From a virus (lineage: Duplodnaviria; Caudoviricetes), in the IMG/VR virus record IMGVR_UViG_3300037424_000400, positions 1 through 36,684 of that record: DNA of 36,684 nt. One strand, 5' to 3'. A model generated the notes under the pieces. The model ran no database searches, was not told where the DNA came from, and saw only the letters and a program-made list of their open reading frames with translations. Shown piece after piece: positions 25,873 through 35,356 of the stretch. The position numbers were made by a program, and so were the translations under genes. Numbering within the stretch: position 1 is the stretch's first letter; each line of letters opens with the position of its first letter.

Positions 25873-26277
25873 ATGCAATTCGGTGCCGTACCGTTTGGCT
25901 CGGTGCCGTTTGGGGCGGGCGCGGCAGAGTCCCGCGTCCAGGTCGCCGGCGTCATCCGCTACGCCGTGCCGGGCTGGCCCTCCCTGCAGCGCGCGTTCGC
26001 GCACGCGATCGTCGAAGCCGACGAATTCTGCCGCCTGGTCGCGCGCCAGCTCGCGCCGCCGGCACAGCGCGCTGCGGTGCGCAAAACGGACGCGCTCCAG
26101 CTAGAGGCCGCCGACGAATTGCGCGCACCGACCGCCCGCGCCGTGTTCGCCGCGCGGCTGCGCGCAGCCGCCAACGACGAGCCGCTGCCGCAGCTCGCCC
26201 ACGCGCACCCGGTGCGCGCCCGCCGCGGCCTGCCGAGCCGCGAGGTGCTGGCGCATTTTCTGCGCGAGATCGCCTGA
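25873..26277 (+). CDS. Hypothetical protein
   Basis: GGAG RBS; FGAVPFGSVPFG N-terminal repeat. Confidence 0.55.
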   Translation: MQFGAVPFGSVPFGAGAAESRVQVAGVIRYAVPGWPSLQRAFAHAIVEADEFCRLVARQLAPPAQRAAVRKTDALQLEAADELRAPTARAVFAARLRAAANDEPLPQLAHAHPVRARRGLPSREVLAHFLREIA

Positions 26278-26314
26278 ACGCGTTTTGCATGGCGCCGCCG
26301 CGCCGAGCCTGGCG

Positions 26315-26358
26315 CCTGTCTCACTTGCCTTAACTTGAGACAGCCGCCTGCGTAATCT
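26315..26358 (+). promoter_or_regulatory. Activator-dependent late promoter 2
   Basis: Exact 33-bp repeat of 21745-21777, TAATCT -10 at identical spacing. Confidence 0.7.
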
Positions 26359-26442
26359 GCATTTGTCCACTGCGGAGCGCATCTACACAGTTTGGAAATC
26401 CGGTCCGCGCCGTGGCGTTATTTCACTGAAAAAGGCTGAGCC

Positions 26443-27237
26443 ATGACCCAGAAAGTCGCCCACACCAACAGCATGGTGGAAGCCGTCGACGCGGCGGTCG
26501 CTGTTGCCTACCGTTCCGCCGTGACCGCGGCCGACGTCGTCGCCGTGCCGGGCACGGTCACCTGCACCAAGCAGGCGGGCGGCTCGGCCGATGCGGGCGA
26601 ATACACCGTGTTCGTGATCGCAGGCAACGCCTACGGCCGCACCACGGCGAAGCAGGGCAACACCACGGTCACGACCGAAACCACGAACCTCACCGTGCGG
26701 GCCGCGTTCGCGGCCGTGACGGGCGCGACGTACTACGACATTTATTGCAGCACCGACGGCGCCGCGGCCAAGTGGGTCGGGCGCATCACCGAAGCCGAGC
26801 GCGCGAGCGGCATCAAGATCGATGCGGTGGGTTCGACCGCCGCGGGCGGGGCTGCGGGCGCGGTGGATATCGAAGAGGTCGGCACCGGCATCGCGGTCAA
26901 CGCCGCGAGCAATGCGGTGAACACCGCGTTCAGCATCCCGGCATCCCCGGTCGATTGCACCGGCTATCGGTATGTCGATTTCGATCTGACCCTGAGCCGC
27001 ACGGGCGACGCCGTCGTGCCGGCGCTCACGGTGATTCCGTTTTACTACAACGCGCGCACGGCGACGTACCAGGCCGGCACCGCGGTGGCGCTCACCTTCG
27101 GCGGCGCGGCCGGCGTCTACAACCCGATCAAGCAGCGCACGCGGGTGGAGGCGCGCGGCAATGCGGGCGTGGCCCTGGTGGTGGCCGCGATCGCCGGCAC
27201 CGGCGCGTCGCTCGACATCGATGCGACGCTGAGCTGA
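26443..27237 (+). CDS. Putative virion beta-rich structural/decoration protein
   Basis: Ala/Thr/Val/Gly-rich, FnIII-like AVTGATYYDIY motif; in the head operon. Confidence 0.65.
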   Translation: MTQKVAHTNSMVEAVDAAVAVAYRSAVTAADVVAVPGTVTCTKQAGGSADAGEYTVFVIAGNAYGRTTAKQGNTTVTTETTNLTVRAAFAAVTGATYYDIYCSTDGAAAKWVGRITEAERASGIKIDAVGSTAAGGAAGAVDIEEVGTGIAVNAASNAVNTAFSIPASPVDCTGYRYVDFDLTLSRTGDAVVPALTVIPFYYNARTATYQAGTAVALTFGGAAGVYNPIKQRTRVEARGNAGVALVVAAIAGTGASLDIDATLS

Positions 27238-27240
27238 GCG

Positions 27241-28650
27241 ATGAAGCTCCTCGATATCCTCACCTCCCCCTGGGCGATCCAGCCCGAAAAGCTGCTGGAG
27301 ATCCAGGCGATTTACGCGACGCATCTGCGCGGCGAGAAAATCGACATCGCCGCGGTGGAAAAGCGCCTCGGCAAGCCGCTCGCAAACGAGCGCGCGCCCT
27401 ATGAGAATCGCGACGGCGTCGCGGTGATCGCGCTGCACGGGGTGATCGCAAAGCGCATGAACCTCTTTGCGCAGATCTCGGGCGGCGTCTCGACCGAGCT
27501 TGCCGCGCGCGACCTCGCCGATGCGATCGCTGACCCGGCGGTGCATTCGATCATTTTGCATATGGATTCCCCCGGCGGCACGGCGGACGGCACGCAGGCG
27601 CTCGCGCGCACCGTCATGGCCGCGCGCGACGCGGGCAAGCCGATCGTCGCCTGGGCCGACGGCGTGATGGCCTCGGCGGCGTACTGGATCGGCTCGGCGG
27701 CCGCGCGCGTCTACATGGCCGACGGCACCACGCAGGTCGGCTCGATCGGCGTCGTGGCGAGCCACACCGACGTGTCGGGCTGGGAAGCGCAGCGCGGCGT
27801 GAAGACCACCGAGATCTACGCCGGCCAGTACAAGCGCATCGCCTCGAACTATGCGCCGCTCAGCGCCGATGGCAAACAATCGATTCAGGACCAGGTCGAC
27901 TACCTCTACGCGGTCTTTGTCGCCGACGTGGCCGCGCAGCGCGGCGTGTCGGTCGATACCGTTTTGAACTCCATGGCCGATGGACGCATCTTCATCGGCC
28001 AGCAGGCGATCGACGCCGGGCTCGTGGACGGTGTTTCCACGCTCGACGCGTTGGTCGCTGACTTGAACCGCAGCCGGCTCCAGGGCGGACCCGATTTCGC
28101 GGCGCGTGCAGACGTTCGCACGAATACGACGGACGTACCCCTCATTCTTTCAGGAGATGTGATGAAAATTACCAAAGAAACCCTCGCGGCCGAGGCCCCC
28201 GAGCTGCTCGCCGCGATTCAAACCGACGCGCACGCCCTGGGCCGGGCCGAAGGCCTCGCCGCCGGCGCGCAAGCCGAACGCGAACGCATCCAGGCAGTCG
28301 AAAACCAGCTGATCCCCGGACACGAAACGCTGATTGCCGCGCTCAAATTCGACGGCAAGACCAGCGGGGCGGAAGCGGCGGTGCAGGTGCTCGCCGCCGA
28401 AAAAACCCTGCGCGGCACCGCGCTCGCGCAACTGCGCGGGGACGCGCCGAATCCGGCCGCAGCACCCGCGGCGCCGTCCAATGCACCTGTGGCGGAAGAT
28501 CACACGCTGCCGCTCGAAGACCGTGCCCGCGCCAAGTGGGACACCGACCCGAAGCTGCGCGGCGAGTTCAGTAGTTTCAAAAACTATCTGGCCTATACCC
28601 GCGCCGACGCAGCCGGAAAAATCCGCGTGCTCGGGCGCAAGTCGGCCTGA
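27241..28650 (+). CDS. S49-family prohead protease with C-terminal scaffold
   Basis: MDSPGG, MASAAYWIGSAA, VGSIGV, AIDAGLVDGV. Confidence 0.93.
   Translation: MKLLDILTSPWAIQPEKLLEIQAIYATHLRGEKIDIAAVEKRLGKPLANERAPYENRDGVAVIALHGVIAKRMNLFAQISGGVSTELAARDLADAIADPAVHSIILHMDSPGGTADGTQALARTVMAARDAGKPIVAWADGVMASAAYWIGSAAARVYMADGTTQVGSIGVVASHTDVSGWEAQRGVKTTEIYAGQYKRIASNYAPLSADGKQSIQDQVDYLYAVFVADVAAQRGVSVDTVLNSMADGRIFIGQQAIDAGLVDGVSTLDALVADLNRSRLQGGPDFAARADVRTNTTDVPLILSGDVMKITKETLAAEAPELLAAIQTDAHALGRAEGLAAGAQAERERIQAVENQLIPGHETLIAALKFDGKTSGAEAAVQVLAAEKTLRGTALAQLRGDAPNPAAAPAAPSNAPVAEDHTLPLEDRARAKWDTDPKLRGEFSSFKNYLAYTRADAAGKIRVLGRKSA
28162..28650 (+). CDS. Nested in-frame scaffolding protein (Nu3-like)
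   Basis: Internal AGGAG RBS before ATG AAA ATT; GAQAERERIQAV motif; preceded by a low-GC3 linker. Confidence 0.65.
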   Translation: MKITKETLAAEAPELLAAIQTDAHALGRAEGLAAGAQAERERIQAVENQLIPGHETLIAALKFDGKTSGAEAAVQVLAAEKTLRGTALAQLRGDAPNPAAAPAAPSNAPVAEDHTLPLEDRARAKWDTDPKLRGEFSSFKNYLAYTRADAAGKIRVLGRKSA

Positions 28651-28702
28651 TCGCCCAGGGCACCCCCAGGCACAACCCAACCCATACGACAAGGAACCCA
28701 TC

Positions 28703-29593
28703 ATGAAAAAATCGCTGCTTTACTTCTGCGCAATCGCCGGGCTGGTCGCCGGCGCCGTGGCGCTCGCTGCAACCGGGCATATCTCGCAGGAGACGCTCGC
28801 GACGCTGCCTTACCTCGGCTTGATCGGGACGACGTTGGCAGCCAACAGCCCGCGCGCCTACGAGCTCGGGAACCGCAATGAAATTCCGGTGATCGCATCG
28901 GACATCATCTACGAAGGCGCCGCCGTCGGCGTCGTCGACGCTACCGGGCACGCCCGGCCGCTGAACGCTGCCGACCGCTTCGTCGGCTTCGCCGAAGCCA
29001 AGGCCGACAACTCCGCGGGCACCGCCGCCGCGATCAACGTGCGCCTGATCGCCTCGGGCGAGGTGCAGCTCTCGGTGACGGGCGCGGTGATCACGGACGT
29101 GGGGCAGCCGGTGTACGCGACCGACGACGACACCTTCGTGTTCCTGCCGACCGGCGCCGTGTTCATCGGCTTCGTCAAGCGCTTCGTCTCCTCGGGCGTG
29201 GTGGTCGTCGGGTTCGATGCGGCCAACTACAAAGACCCGTACGGCAACAGCGTGCGCGAAACGGTCTCGGCCGACCTGACCACCGACATTCAGGACACGG
29301 GCAAAACCCTGTTCGTCGATACCGACGCCAAAACCATCACCCTGATGGCTTACGCGGCGGCGACGGCGAGCCGCTTCAAGGTGGTGAACATCGCGCCGTT
29401 CGGCACGGTCGAGGTCGCCATCGACCCCAACGGCAGCGACAAGATCGCCGGCCCGAACGACACCGGCGCCGACGGCGGCATTTTGGCCAATACCAAGGCC
29501 ACCGCACGCCGCGGCGATTACGTGGTCATTTCCGCAAACGGCGACGACGGCTGGATCGTCGAAGAAATCCGCGGCACCTGGACCATCGCGTAG
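28703..29593 (+). CDS. Capsid decoration/cement protein with extra N- and C-terminal regions
   Basis: IIYEGAAVG...FVGFAE...DVGQPVYATDDDTF; AAGGA RBS; precedes the capsid gene. Confidence 0.75.
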   Translation: MKKSLLYFCAIAGLVAGAVALAATGHISQETLATLPYLGLIGTTLAANSPRAYELGNRNEIPVIASDIIYEGAAVGVVDATGHARPLNAADRFVGFAEAKADNSAGTAAAINVRLIASGEVQLSVTGAVITDVGQPVYATDDDTFVFLPTGAVFIGFVKRFVSSGVVVVGFDAANYKDPYGNSVRETVSADLTTDIQDTGKTLFVDTDAKTITLMAYAAATASRFKVVNIAPFGTVEVAIDPNGSDKIAGPNDTGADGGILANTKATARRGDYVVISANGDDGWIVEEIRGTWTIA

Positions 29594-29641
29594 CGCGGCC
29601 CGGCCCCTCGAACAGAACCCAACGAAAAAAGGACAAACACC

Positions 29642-30595
29642 ATGGACCAAAGCATCCTCAGCAGCCGCGATGTGGTCGGCATGTACTACGCGCGCCTGGA
29701 GAACCCGATGAACGCCGGCTGGATCGACGGCGTCTCCAACCTGTTCGGCAGCGACCAGGCCTCCGAGCAGTACCCCTTCCTCGGCCAGAACCCGCGCATG
29801 CGCGAATGGATCGGCGGGCGCCAGGCGAAGGGCCTGCGCGCAAACAGCCTGACCATCACCAACCGGCATTACGAAGCAACGACCGAAATTGCGCTGCGCG
29901 ACCTGCGCCGCGACAAGACCGGGCAGCTCGAAGCGCGCATTGCCGAATTCGCCGACGAAGGCGACGCGCACTGGGGCACGCTGCTCTCGACGCTGATCCT
30001 CGCGGGCACCGCGACGGCCTGTTACGACGGCTCGTACTTTTTCGACACCACCCACGCCGAAGGCGACTCGGGCACGCAGGATAACGACATATCAATCGAT
30101 ATCTCCGCGCTGGCGGCTTCGGTGCACGGCGTGATCACCGCGCCGTCGGTCGAGGAGATGCAGCAGTGCATCCTCAAGGCGATTGCGCAGATCATGTCGT
30201 TCAAGGACGACCGCGGCCGCCCGATGAACTCGAACGCGCGCCGCTTCATGGTCACCGTCCCGGTGGGGCTGTACCTGGTCGCCGTGGCCGCTGTAAGCGT
30301 GCTCACCACCGCAGCGCTGTCGGGGTTCAACCTCAACCCCAACCTCGTCGCAGGGTTGACGGTCGACGTGCAGATGATGCCCGAGCTCACCTGGACCGAC
30401 AGCTTCGCGGTCTGGCGCACCGACGGCCCGATCAAGGGCCTGATCCGGCAAAACGAGATGGACCCGCAGTTGAAACTGAAGGACGAAAACTCCGACTTCG
30501 CCTTCGACAACGACGCGATCCAGATCGGCATCGACGCCTGGCGCGGCGCCGACTACGGCCTGTGGCAGCGCGCCTGCTACGTGACGATGACATGA
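29642..30595 (+). CDS. Major capsid protein, Mu gpT-like family
   Basis: YPFLGQNPRMREWIGGR, ITNRHYEAT, CYDGSYFFDTTH, YGLWQRA. Confidence 0.92.
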   Translation: MDQSILSSRDVVGMYYARLENPMNAGWIDGVSNLFGSDQASEQYPFLGQNPRMREWIGGRQAKGLRANSLTITNRHYEATTEIALRDLRRDKTGQLEARIAEFADEGDAHWGTLLSTLILAGTATACYDGSYFFDTTHAEGDSGTQDNDISIDISALAASVHGVITAPSVEEMQQCILKAIAQIMSFKDDRGRPMNSNARRFMVTVPVGLYLVAVAAVSVLTTAALSGFNLNPNLVAGLTVDVQMMPELTWTDSFAVWRTDGPIKGLIRQNEMDPQLKLKDENSDFAFDNDAIQIGIDAWRGADYGLWQRACYVTMT

Positions 30596-30882
30596 GCGAA
30601 GCGCTCGCCCTGAAGTATCGCGTGCTGACCCCCGTGCGCTTCGGCGCCGGGGCGCTCCTGGGTCTCACCGAGGCCCAGCTGCGCGGTCGCCAACACGCGC
30701 TCAAAGCCGCCGCGAAAGGCCTGCACCAGGTGGTGACCGAGGTGCAGTTCAAGCGCGGCGAGGAGCTCGTCATCGCGGGCGACGTGCCCAAGGTGCTGGC
30801 GAACGCGCTGCAGCCCCTCTCGGGCCGCGCCGCGGCGGCGGCCCGGGCCGCAGCGTCGGCGACGGCTGCGGCTACGGCTTAG
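30592..30882 (+). CDS. Hypothetical protein after capsid
   Basis: ATGA-coupled; VQFKRGEE. Confidence 0.65.
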   Translation: MSEALALKYRVLTPVRFGAGALLGLTEAQLRGRQHALKAAAKGLHQVVTEVQFKRGEELVIAGDVPKVLANALQPLSGRAAAAARAAASATAAATA

Positions 30883-30889
30883 GCGCGCC

Positions 30890-31180
30890 ATGGCCTTCAC
30901 CGAAGACAGCGCCGTCTTCATCAACGCCGACACGCCGGGCTACGTCCTCGCGACCGTCGGCGGGGTTGAGGTCGACGCGCTCTTCGATAACGGTTACGCC
31001 GCTGCCCTTGGCATCGAGGGCAGCGCGCCGAGCCTGACCGCGGCCTCCTCCTCTGCGGTCAGCTCGGCCGCCCACGGGACCACGGTCGTCGTGGGCGGCG
31101 TTTCCTACACCGTCACCGGCGTCGAGCCCGACGGCACCGGCGATGACGGCATGACGGTGCTCAGGCTGCAGGAGGCGTAA
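30890..31180 (+). CDS. Head-tail joining protein (FII-like)
   Basis: ALFDNGY...YTVTGVEPDGTG..GMTVLRL. Confidence 0.8.
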   Translation: MAFTEDSAVFINADTPGYVLATVGGVEVDALFDNGYAAALGIEGSAPSLTAASSSAVSSAAHGTTVVVGGVSYTVTGVEPDGTGDDGMTVLRLQEA

Positions 31181-31185
31181 GCGCT

Positions 31186-31629
31186 GTGGCCAACCACCTG
31201 CACCGCCAGATCCGCGAGGCCGTTGAGTCGAAGCTCACCGGCCTCACCACCACGACCACAAACGTCTACGCCAACCGGCTGCAGCCCATGAGCGATGCGA
31301 CCCTGCCGGGGCTGCGCATCTACATGGATGAAGAGGACGTGGCTACCGCAACCATCCACACGCCGGCGCTGCAGGAGCGCAGCCCGGTGCTGGTCGTCGA
31401 GGCCTGCGCCAAGGCGGCGAGCGGGCTCGACGACACGCTCGATCAGATCTCGAAAGAGGTCGAGGTGGCGCTCGCCGGCGGCATCACCGTCGGCAGCCGC
31501 ACGCTCTACCCCGCCTACACCGGCATGCGGTTCGAGGTCGAACAGTCGGACAAACCCGTCGGCGTGAAGCGCATGACGTTTTCCATTTCCTACACGGCGA
31601 TGAACAACGCGCCGGACGTTTTAATCTGA
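31186..31629 (+). CDS. Tail terminator-like protein
   Basis: HRQIREAV...DDTLDQISKEVEVAL; position before the tail tube. Confidence 0.7.
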   Translation: MANHLHRQIREAVESKLTGLTTTTTNVYANRLQPMSDATLPGLRIYMDEEDVATATIHTPALQERSPVLVVEACAKAASGLDDTLDQISKEVEVALAGGITVGSRTLYPAYTGMRFEVEQSDKPVGVKRMTFSISYTAMNNAPDVLI

Positions 31630-31642
31630 AAGGAGCTTGACC

Positions 31643-32284
31643 ATGGCAACTGCAACCAAGTGGAGCAATGTCGGCGTCGCGGTGCAATCTGCGCTGGCCG
31701 CGGCGACCACCATCACCGCCATCACCAAGGCGAGCCCCGGCGTCGTGACCAGCGTCGCGCACGGCTATGCGGACGGCGATTATCTCGTGCTCACGATCAC
31801 CGGCATGAGCCAGCTCGACGACATGGTGGTGCGCGTGGACAACAAGACCACCGACACCTACGAACTCGAAGGGGTGGACACCACCGACTTCGACACGTTC
31901 GCGACCGGCACCGCCGAGAAAATCACCTTCGGCACCACGCTCGCGACGGCGACCGGCGTCAACGCATCCGGGGGCGACTTCGACTTCATCGACACCACCA
32001 CGATTCACGACACCGTGAAAAAGCAGATCCCCGGCATCGCCAACCCGGCGACGTTCACCTTCGAAAACATCTGGGATGTGTCCGACGCCGGCCTGATCGC
32101 GCTCAAAGCCGCCTCGGACGCCCAGGCGAAGCGCGCGGTTCGGTTCAGTTTTGCGAACGGGCAAAAGCTCGTCTTTACCGGCTACATCGGCGCGTCGCTG
32201 CTGCCGACCGGCGGCGCGCAGGAACTGGTGAAGACGAGCGCCGTCATCACCATGTTTGGCAAGCCGAACGTGCTGGCGACCTAA
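31643..32284 (+). CDS. Major tail tube protein
   Basis: TITAITKASPGVVTSVAHG, SGGDFDFIDTT, KQIPG; AAGGAG RBS. Confidence 0.9.
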   Translation: MATATKWSNVGVAVQSALAAATTITAITKASPGVVTSVAHGYADGDYLVLTITGMSQLDDMVVRVDNKTTDTYELEGVDTTDFDTFATGTAEKITFGTTLATATGVNASGGDFDFIDTTTIHDTVKKQIPGIANPATFTFENIWDVSDAGLIALKAASDAQAKRAVRFSFANGQKLVFTGYIGASLLPTGGAQELVKTSAVITMFGKPNVLAT

Positions 32285-32291
32285 GGCGCCG

Positions 32292-32654
32292 ATGGAAAAG
32301 CTGAAAGTCACGATCAAGTCGCCGGCGACGTTCGCCGGCGAGGTCGCGCTGGACGTGCCGGGGTCGGAAGCAAAAGGCGCGGTGCGTTTCGTCTTCCGGC
32401 ACAAGGGGCCGAACGCATTCTCGGCGTGGATCGCCGGCGTCGCCAAGCGCACCCCGGTGGACATGCTCGCCGAGGTGATCGCCGACTGGTCCGGCCCGGT
32501 GGACGAGGACGGCGATGCGGTCGCGTTTTCCCCCGCGGCGCTCGGCTGCCTGATGGACGACTACCCGGGCGCCGACGAGGCGATGCTGAAATGCTACGCC
32601 GCGCGGCTGCGCGAGGAACGCGAAAAAAACTCGTCGAGGCCGCCCAGCGTTTAG
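32292..32654 (+). CDS. Tail assembly chaperone (gpG-like)
   Basis: PATFAGEVALDVPG...VIADWSG...FSPAAL; ends with a slippery site. Confidence 0.85.
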   Translation: MEKLKVTIKSPATFAGEVALDVPGSEAKGAVRFVFRHKGPNAFSAWIAGVAKRTPVDMLAEVIADWSGPVDEDGDAVAFSPAALGCLMDDYPGADEAMLKCYAARLREEREKNSSRPPSV

Positions 32655-32941
32655 TCGCCGGTCGGCCCGACGCCGATACACTGATCGGCCAGCTCTCGGC
32701 GCAACTGATGGGAGACGACGCGATCGAGATATGGGAAGAGAACGAGACCACCATGCAGCTCTTCGCCCGGATGGGAACGCAGTGGCACCACGCACCCAAT
32801 GGCAGGCCGACCGGGCTGCGCTATGAGGCGCTCCCGGCCGTAGCGCGGCGCTGCCACATCGGCGCGGCCGAGCGCGATGCCGTGTTCGATGGCCTGCAGG
32901 TGATGGAGGCCGCGGCGCTCGAGGTGTTCCGTGGCCGCTAA
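32624..32941 (+). CDS. Tail chaperone frameshift extension (gpGT, DUF1799-like) via -1 shift at A AAA AAC (32624-32630)
   Basis: IWEEN...LFARMGTQW...GLRYEAL...GLQVMEAAAL lies in the -1 frame. Confidence 0.85.
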   Translation, partial: KKLVEAAQRLVAGRPDADTLIGQLSAQLMGDDAIEIWEENETTMQLFARMGTQWHHAPNGRPTGLRYEALPAVARRCHIGAAERDAVFDGLQVMEAAALEVFRGR

Positions 32942-34775
32942 CAACACCCGCATCGTCATCACCGCGCAGGACAATACCCGCGGCCCGCTCAACGCAGTCA
33001 AAACCAACCTCGGCGGGCTCGCCGGCGCGGCGCGCTCGCTGCAAGGCACGTTCGCCGCCCTGGGCGTCGGCCTGGGCGCGGGCATGTTCGCGCGCATGAT
33101 TTCGAGCGCAATCGACGCGCAGGACGAACTGGGCAAAATGAGCCAGAAGGTCGGCGTCTCCGTTGAGGCGCTGGCCGGCCTGTCGCACGCGGCCGATCTG
33201 TCCGACGTGAGCATCGGATCGCTGCAAAAGGGGCTGAAGACGCTCTCGACGCAGATGTTCGACGCCTCGATGGGGCTGGCCGAATCGAAGCGCAATTTCG
33301 CGGCGCTCGGCATCGAAATCAAGAACACCGACGGCACGCTCAAAGCGTCCGACGTGGTGCTGGAAGAGGTGGCCGACCGCTTCGCCGAACTCGCCGACGG
33401 GCCGGCGAAAGCCGCGCTTGCGGTCAAGCTCTTCGGCAAAGCGGGCCTGGACCTGATACCGCTGCTGAACCAGGGCAGCAAGGCGATTGCAGACCAGGCC
33501 GCCGAGGGGCGGCGCCTGAACCCGGTCACCGCCGAGTCGGCGCGCCAGGCGGAACTGTTCAACGACAGCCTGAACCGGCTGGGCAAGAGCTTTTCCGCGA
33601 TCGGCATTCGCGCGCTGAACGATCTGCTGCCGGTCATGTCGGGCCTGGCCGAAGTGTTCGCCGAGGATGCGCTCGCGGGCGACCTGGACAACACGAAAAC
33701 AAAAACCGACGCACTGAACAAGTCGTTCAATCCCTTTGTCGAGACGCTGCGCGCGGTCGCCGTGCTCGGCAGCAACGTGTCCTTCGTCTTCAAGGGCGTC
33801 GGCACCGAGCTGGGCGGCATGGCGGCGCAACTCGCGGCGCTCGGGCGCGGCGATTTCAAAGGGTTCGCGGTCATCCGCGCGGCGATGATCGAGGACGCAA
33901 ACAAAGCGCGCGCGGATTTCGACGCCTGGGAAAAGAAGCTCATGGACCTGGGCACCGGCGCGGGCCCCGCTGCGCCGCCGAAGAAAAAGCAAAAAGGCAG
34001 TTTGACGCTGGGCGATCCGGCCGAAGGCGCGAAAGCGCTGAAGGAAGCCGAGCGCCTGCGCAAGCTCGACGCCGACGGCTGGGTCAAGCACATCGAGGCG
34101 ATGACCGCAGAATACGAAGACGGCCTGCGCGAGCAGGCGAAGATGGCCGACGACTTCAACGCCAGCCAGGAGGCCGCGCGCAAGACGCAATGGGAGCAGG
34201 TGTTCGCCGAAATCGACGCCGACCAGGCGCGGGCGATCGAAGAGGGCAAGATCCTGCTCGGCTATGCGGAAACCACCACCGACGAAATGACCGAATTCTG
34301 GAAATCCGCCGCGCAGAGCATGCAGGCGTCGATGTCGGACCTGTTCTTTGACGTGATGCAGGGCAACCTGTCGGATTTGTCCGGCAGCTTCAAGAAAACC
34401 ATCGACCGCATGGTCGCGGACATGCTCGCGGCGAAAGCGGCGACCGCGCTCTTTGGCAAAGGCTTCGGCCAGGACGGCGGGTCGATCGGCGGCCTGGTCG
34501 GCAAGGGCCTCGAATGGCTCGGCATGCCCAAATTCGCTTCGGGCGGCGCGTTCACCGTGGGCGGCGCCGGCGGCACCGATTCGCAGCTCGTGCGCTTCAT
34601 GGCCACGCCGGGCGAGCGCGTGAGCGTGCAGACGCCTGCACAGCAGGCGGCGGGCGGCGCGATGGTGCTCAACCTCACGCAGCATTTCAGCGGCGCGGTC
34701 GATCGGCGCTCCGCCAGCCAGGCGGCCGCCGCGGCCGGCGAAGCGGTGCAGCGCGCGCTCGCGCGGAATACCTGA
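32931..34775 (+). CDS. Tape measure protein
   Basis: Ala-rich helical 614 aa, LFGKAGLDLIPLLNQG, FASGGAF C-terminus; follows the chaperones. Confidence 0.9.
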   Translation: MAANNTRIVITAQDNTRGPLNAVKTNLGGLAGAARSLQGTFAALGVGLGAGMFARMISSAIDAQDELGKMSQKVGVSVEALAGLSHAADLSDVSIGSLQKGLKTLSTQMFDASMGLAESKRNFAALGIEIKNTDGTLKASDVVLEEVADRFAELADGPAKAALAVKLFGKAGLDLIPLLNQGSKAIADQAAEGRRLNPVTAESARQAELFNDSLNRLGKSFSAIGIRALNDLLPVMSGLAEVFAEDALAGDLDNTKTKTDALNKSFNPFVETLRAVAVLGSNVSFVFKGVGTELGGMAAQLAALGRGDFKGFAVIRAAMIEDANKARADFDAWEKKLMDLGTGAGPAAPPKKKQKGSLTLGDPAEGAKALKEAERLRKLDADGWVKHIEAMTAEYEDGLREQAKMADDFNASQEAARKTQWEQVFAEIDADQARAIEEGKILLGYAETTTDEMTEFWKSAAQSMQASMSDLFFDVMQGNLSDLSGSFKKTIDRMVADMLAAKAATALFGKGFGQDGGSIGGLVGKGLEWLGMPKFASGGAFTVGGAGGTDSQLVRFMATPGERVSVQTPAQQAAGGAMVLNLTQHFSGAVDRRSASQAAAAAGEAVQRALARNT

Positions 34776-34777
34776 TC

Positions 34778-35356
34778 ATGGCTTTCATCGAAACCCCGCG
34801 CTTCCCCGACAAGATCGCGCAAGGCACGCAGTTCGGCCCGGCCTATTCGACCGCGAAGGCGCGCAACCTCGGCGGCTACGAAGTGAGCAACCAGAACTGG
34901 TCGATGCCGCTCTACGAAGGCGACGTGAGCCACGCGGTCAAGACGCAGGCGCTGCTCGATGACCTGATCGCGTTCTTTCACGCGGTGGCCGGCCCGCACA
35001 AGGGCTTCCGCTTCAAGGATTTCGCCGACTACACCGTGACCGGCGCGCAGGGCACGCTCACCGTCATTACGGCCGACACCACCTGGCAGCTCTACAAGAC
35101 CTACACCTACGGCGCGGTCAGCGCGACGCGCAAGATCCAGAAGCCGGTCTCCGGAGTGGCGTTCGCCGGCGGCGGCACCTACGCGCTCGACACCGCGACG
35201 GGCATCGTCACGCGCAGCGCGGGCGCGAACCCGACGAGCTGGACCGGCGAGTTCGATGTGCCGGTGCGCTTCAACGTCGATCGCTTTTTGCCGATCGCGC
35301 TCACCTCGGCGCTCTACAACCTGCCCGCGCTGCCGATCGTCGAGGTGCGGCTGTGA
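34778..35356 (+). CDS. DUF2460 distal tail protein (GTA-like)
   Basis: FIETPRFP, GFRFKDFADY, GEFDVPVRF. Confidence 0.9.
   Translation: MAFIETPRFPDKIAQGTQFGPAYSTAKARNLGGYEVSNQNWSMPLYEGDVSHAVKTQALLDDLIAFFHAVAGPHKGFRFKDFADYTVTGAQGTLTVITADTTWQLYKTYTYGAVSATRKIQKPVSGVAFAGGGTYALDTATGIVTRSAGANPTSWTGEFDVPVRFNVDRFLPIALTSALYNLPALPIVEVRL

Noticed and set aside
32624-32630. Frameshift between tail chaperone ORFs as a mutation
   Set aside because: It is the well-known programmed -1 G/GT frameshift, not novel
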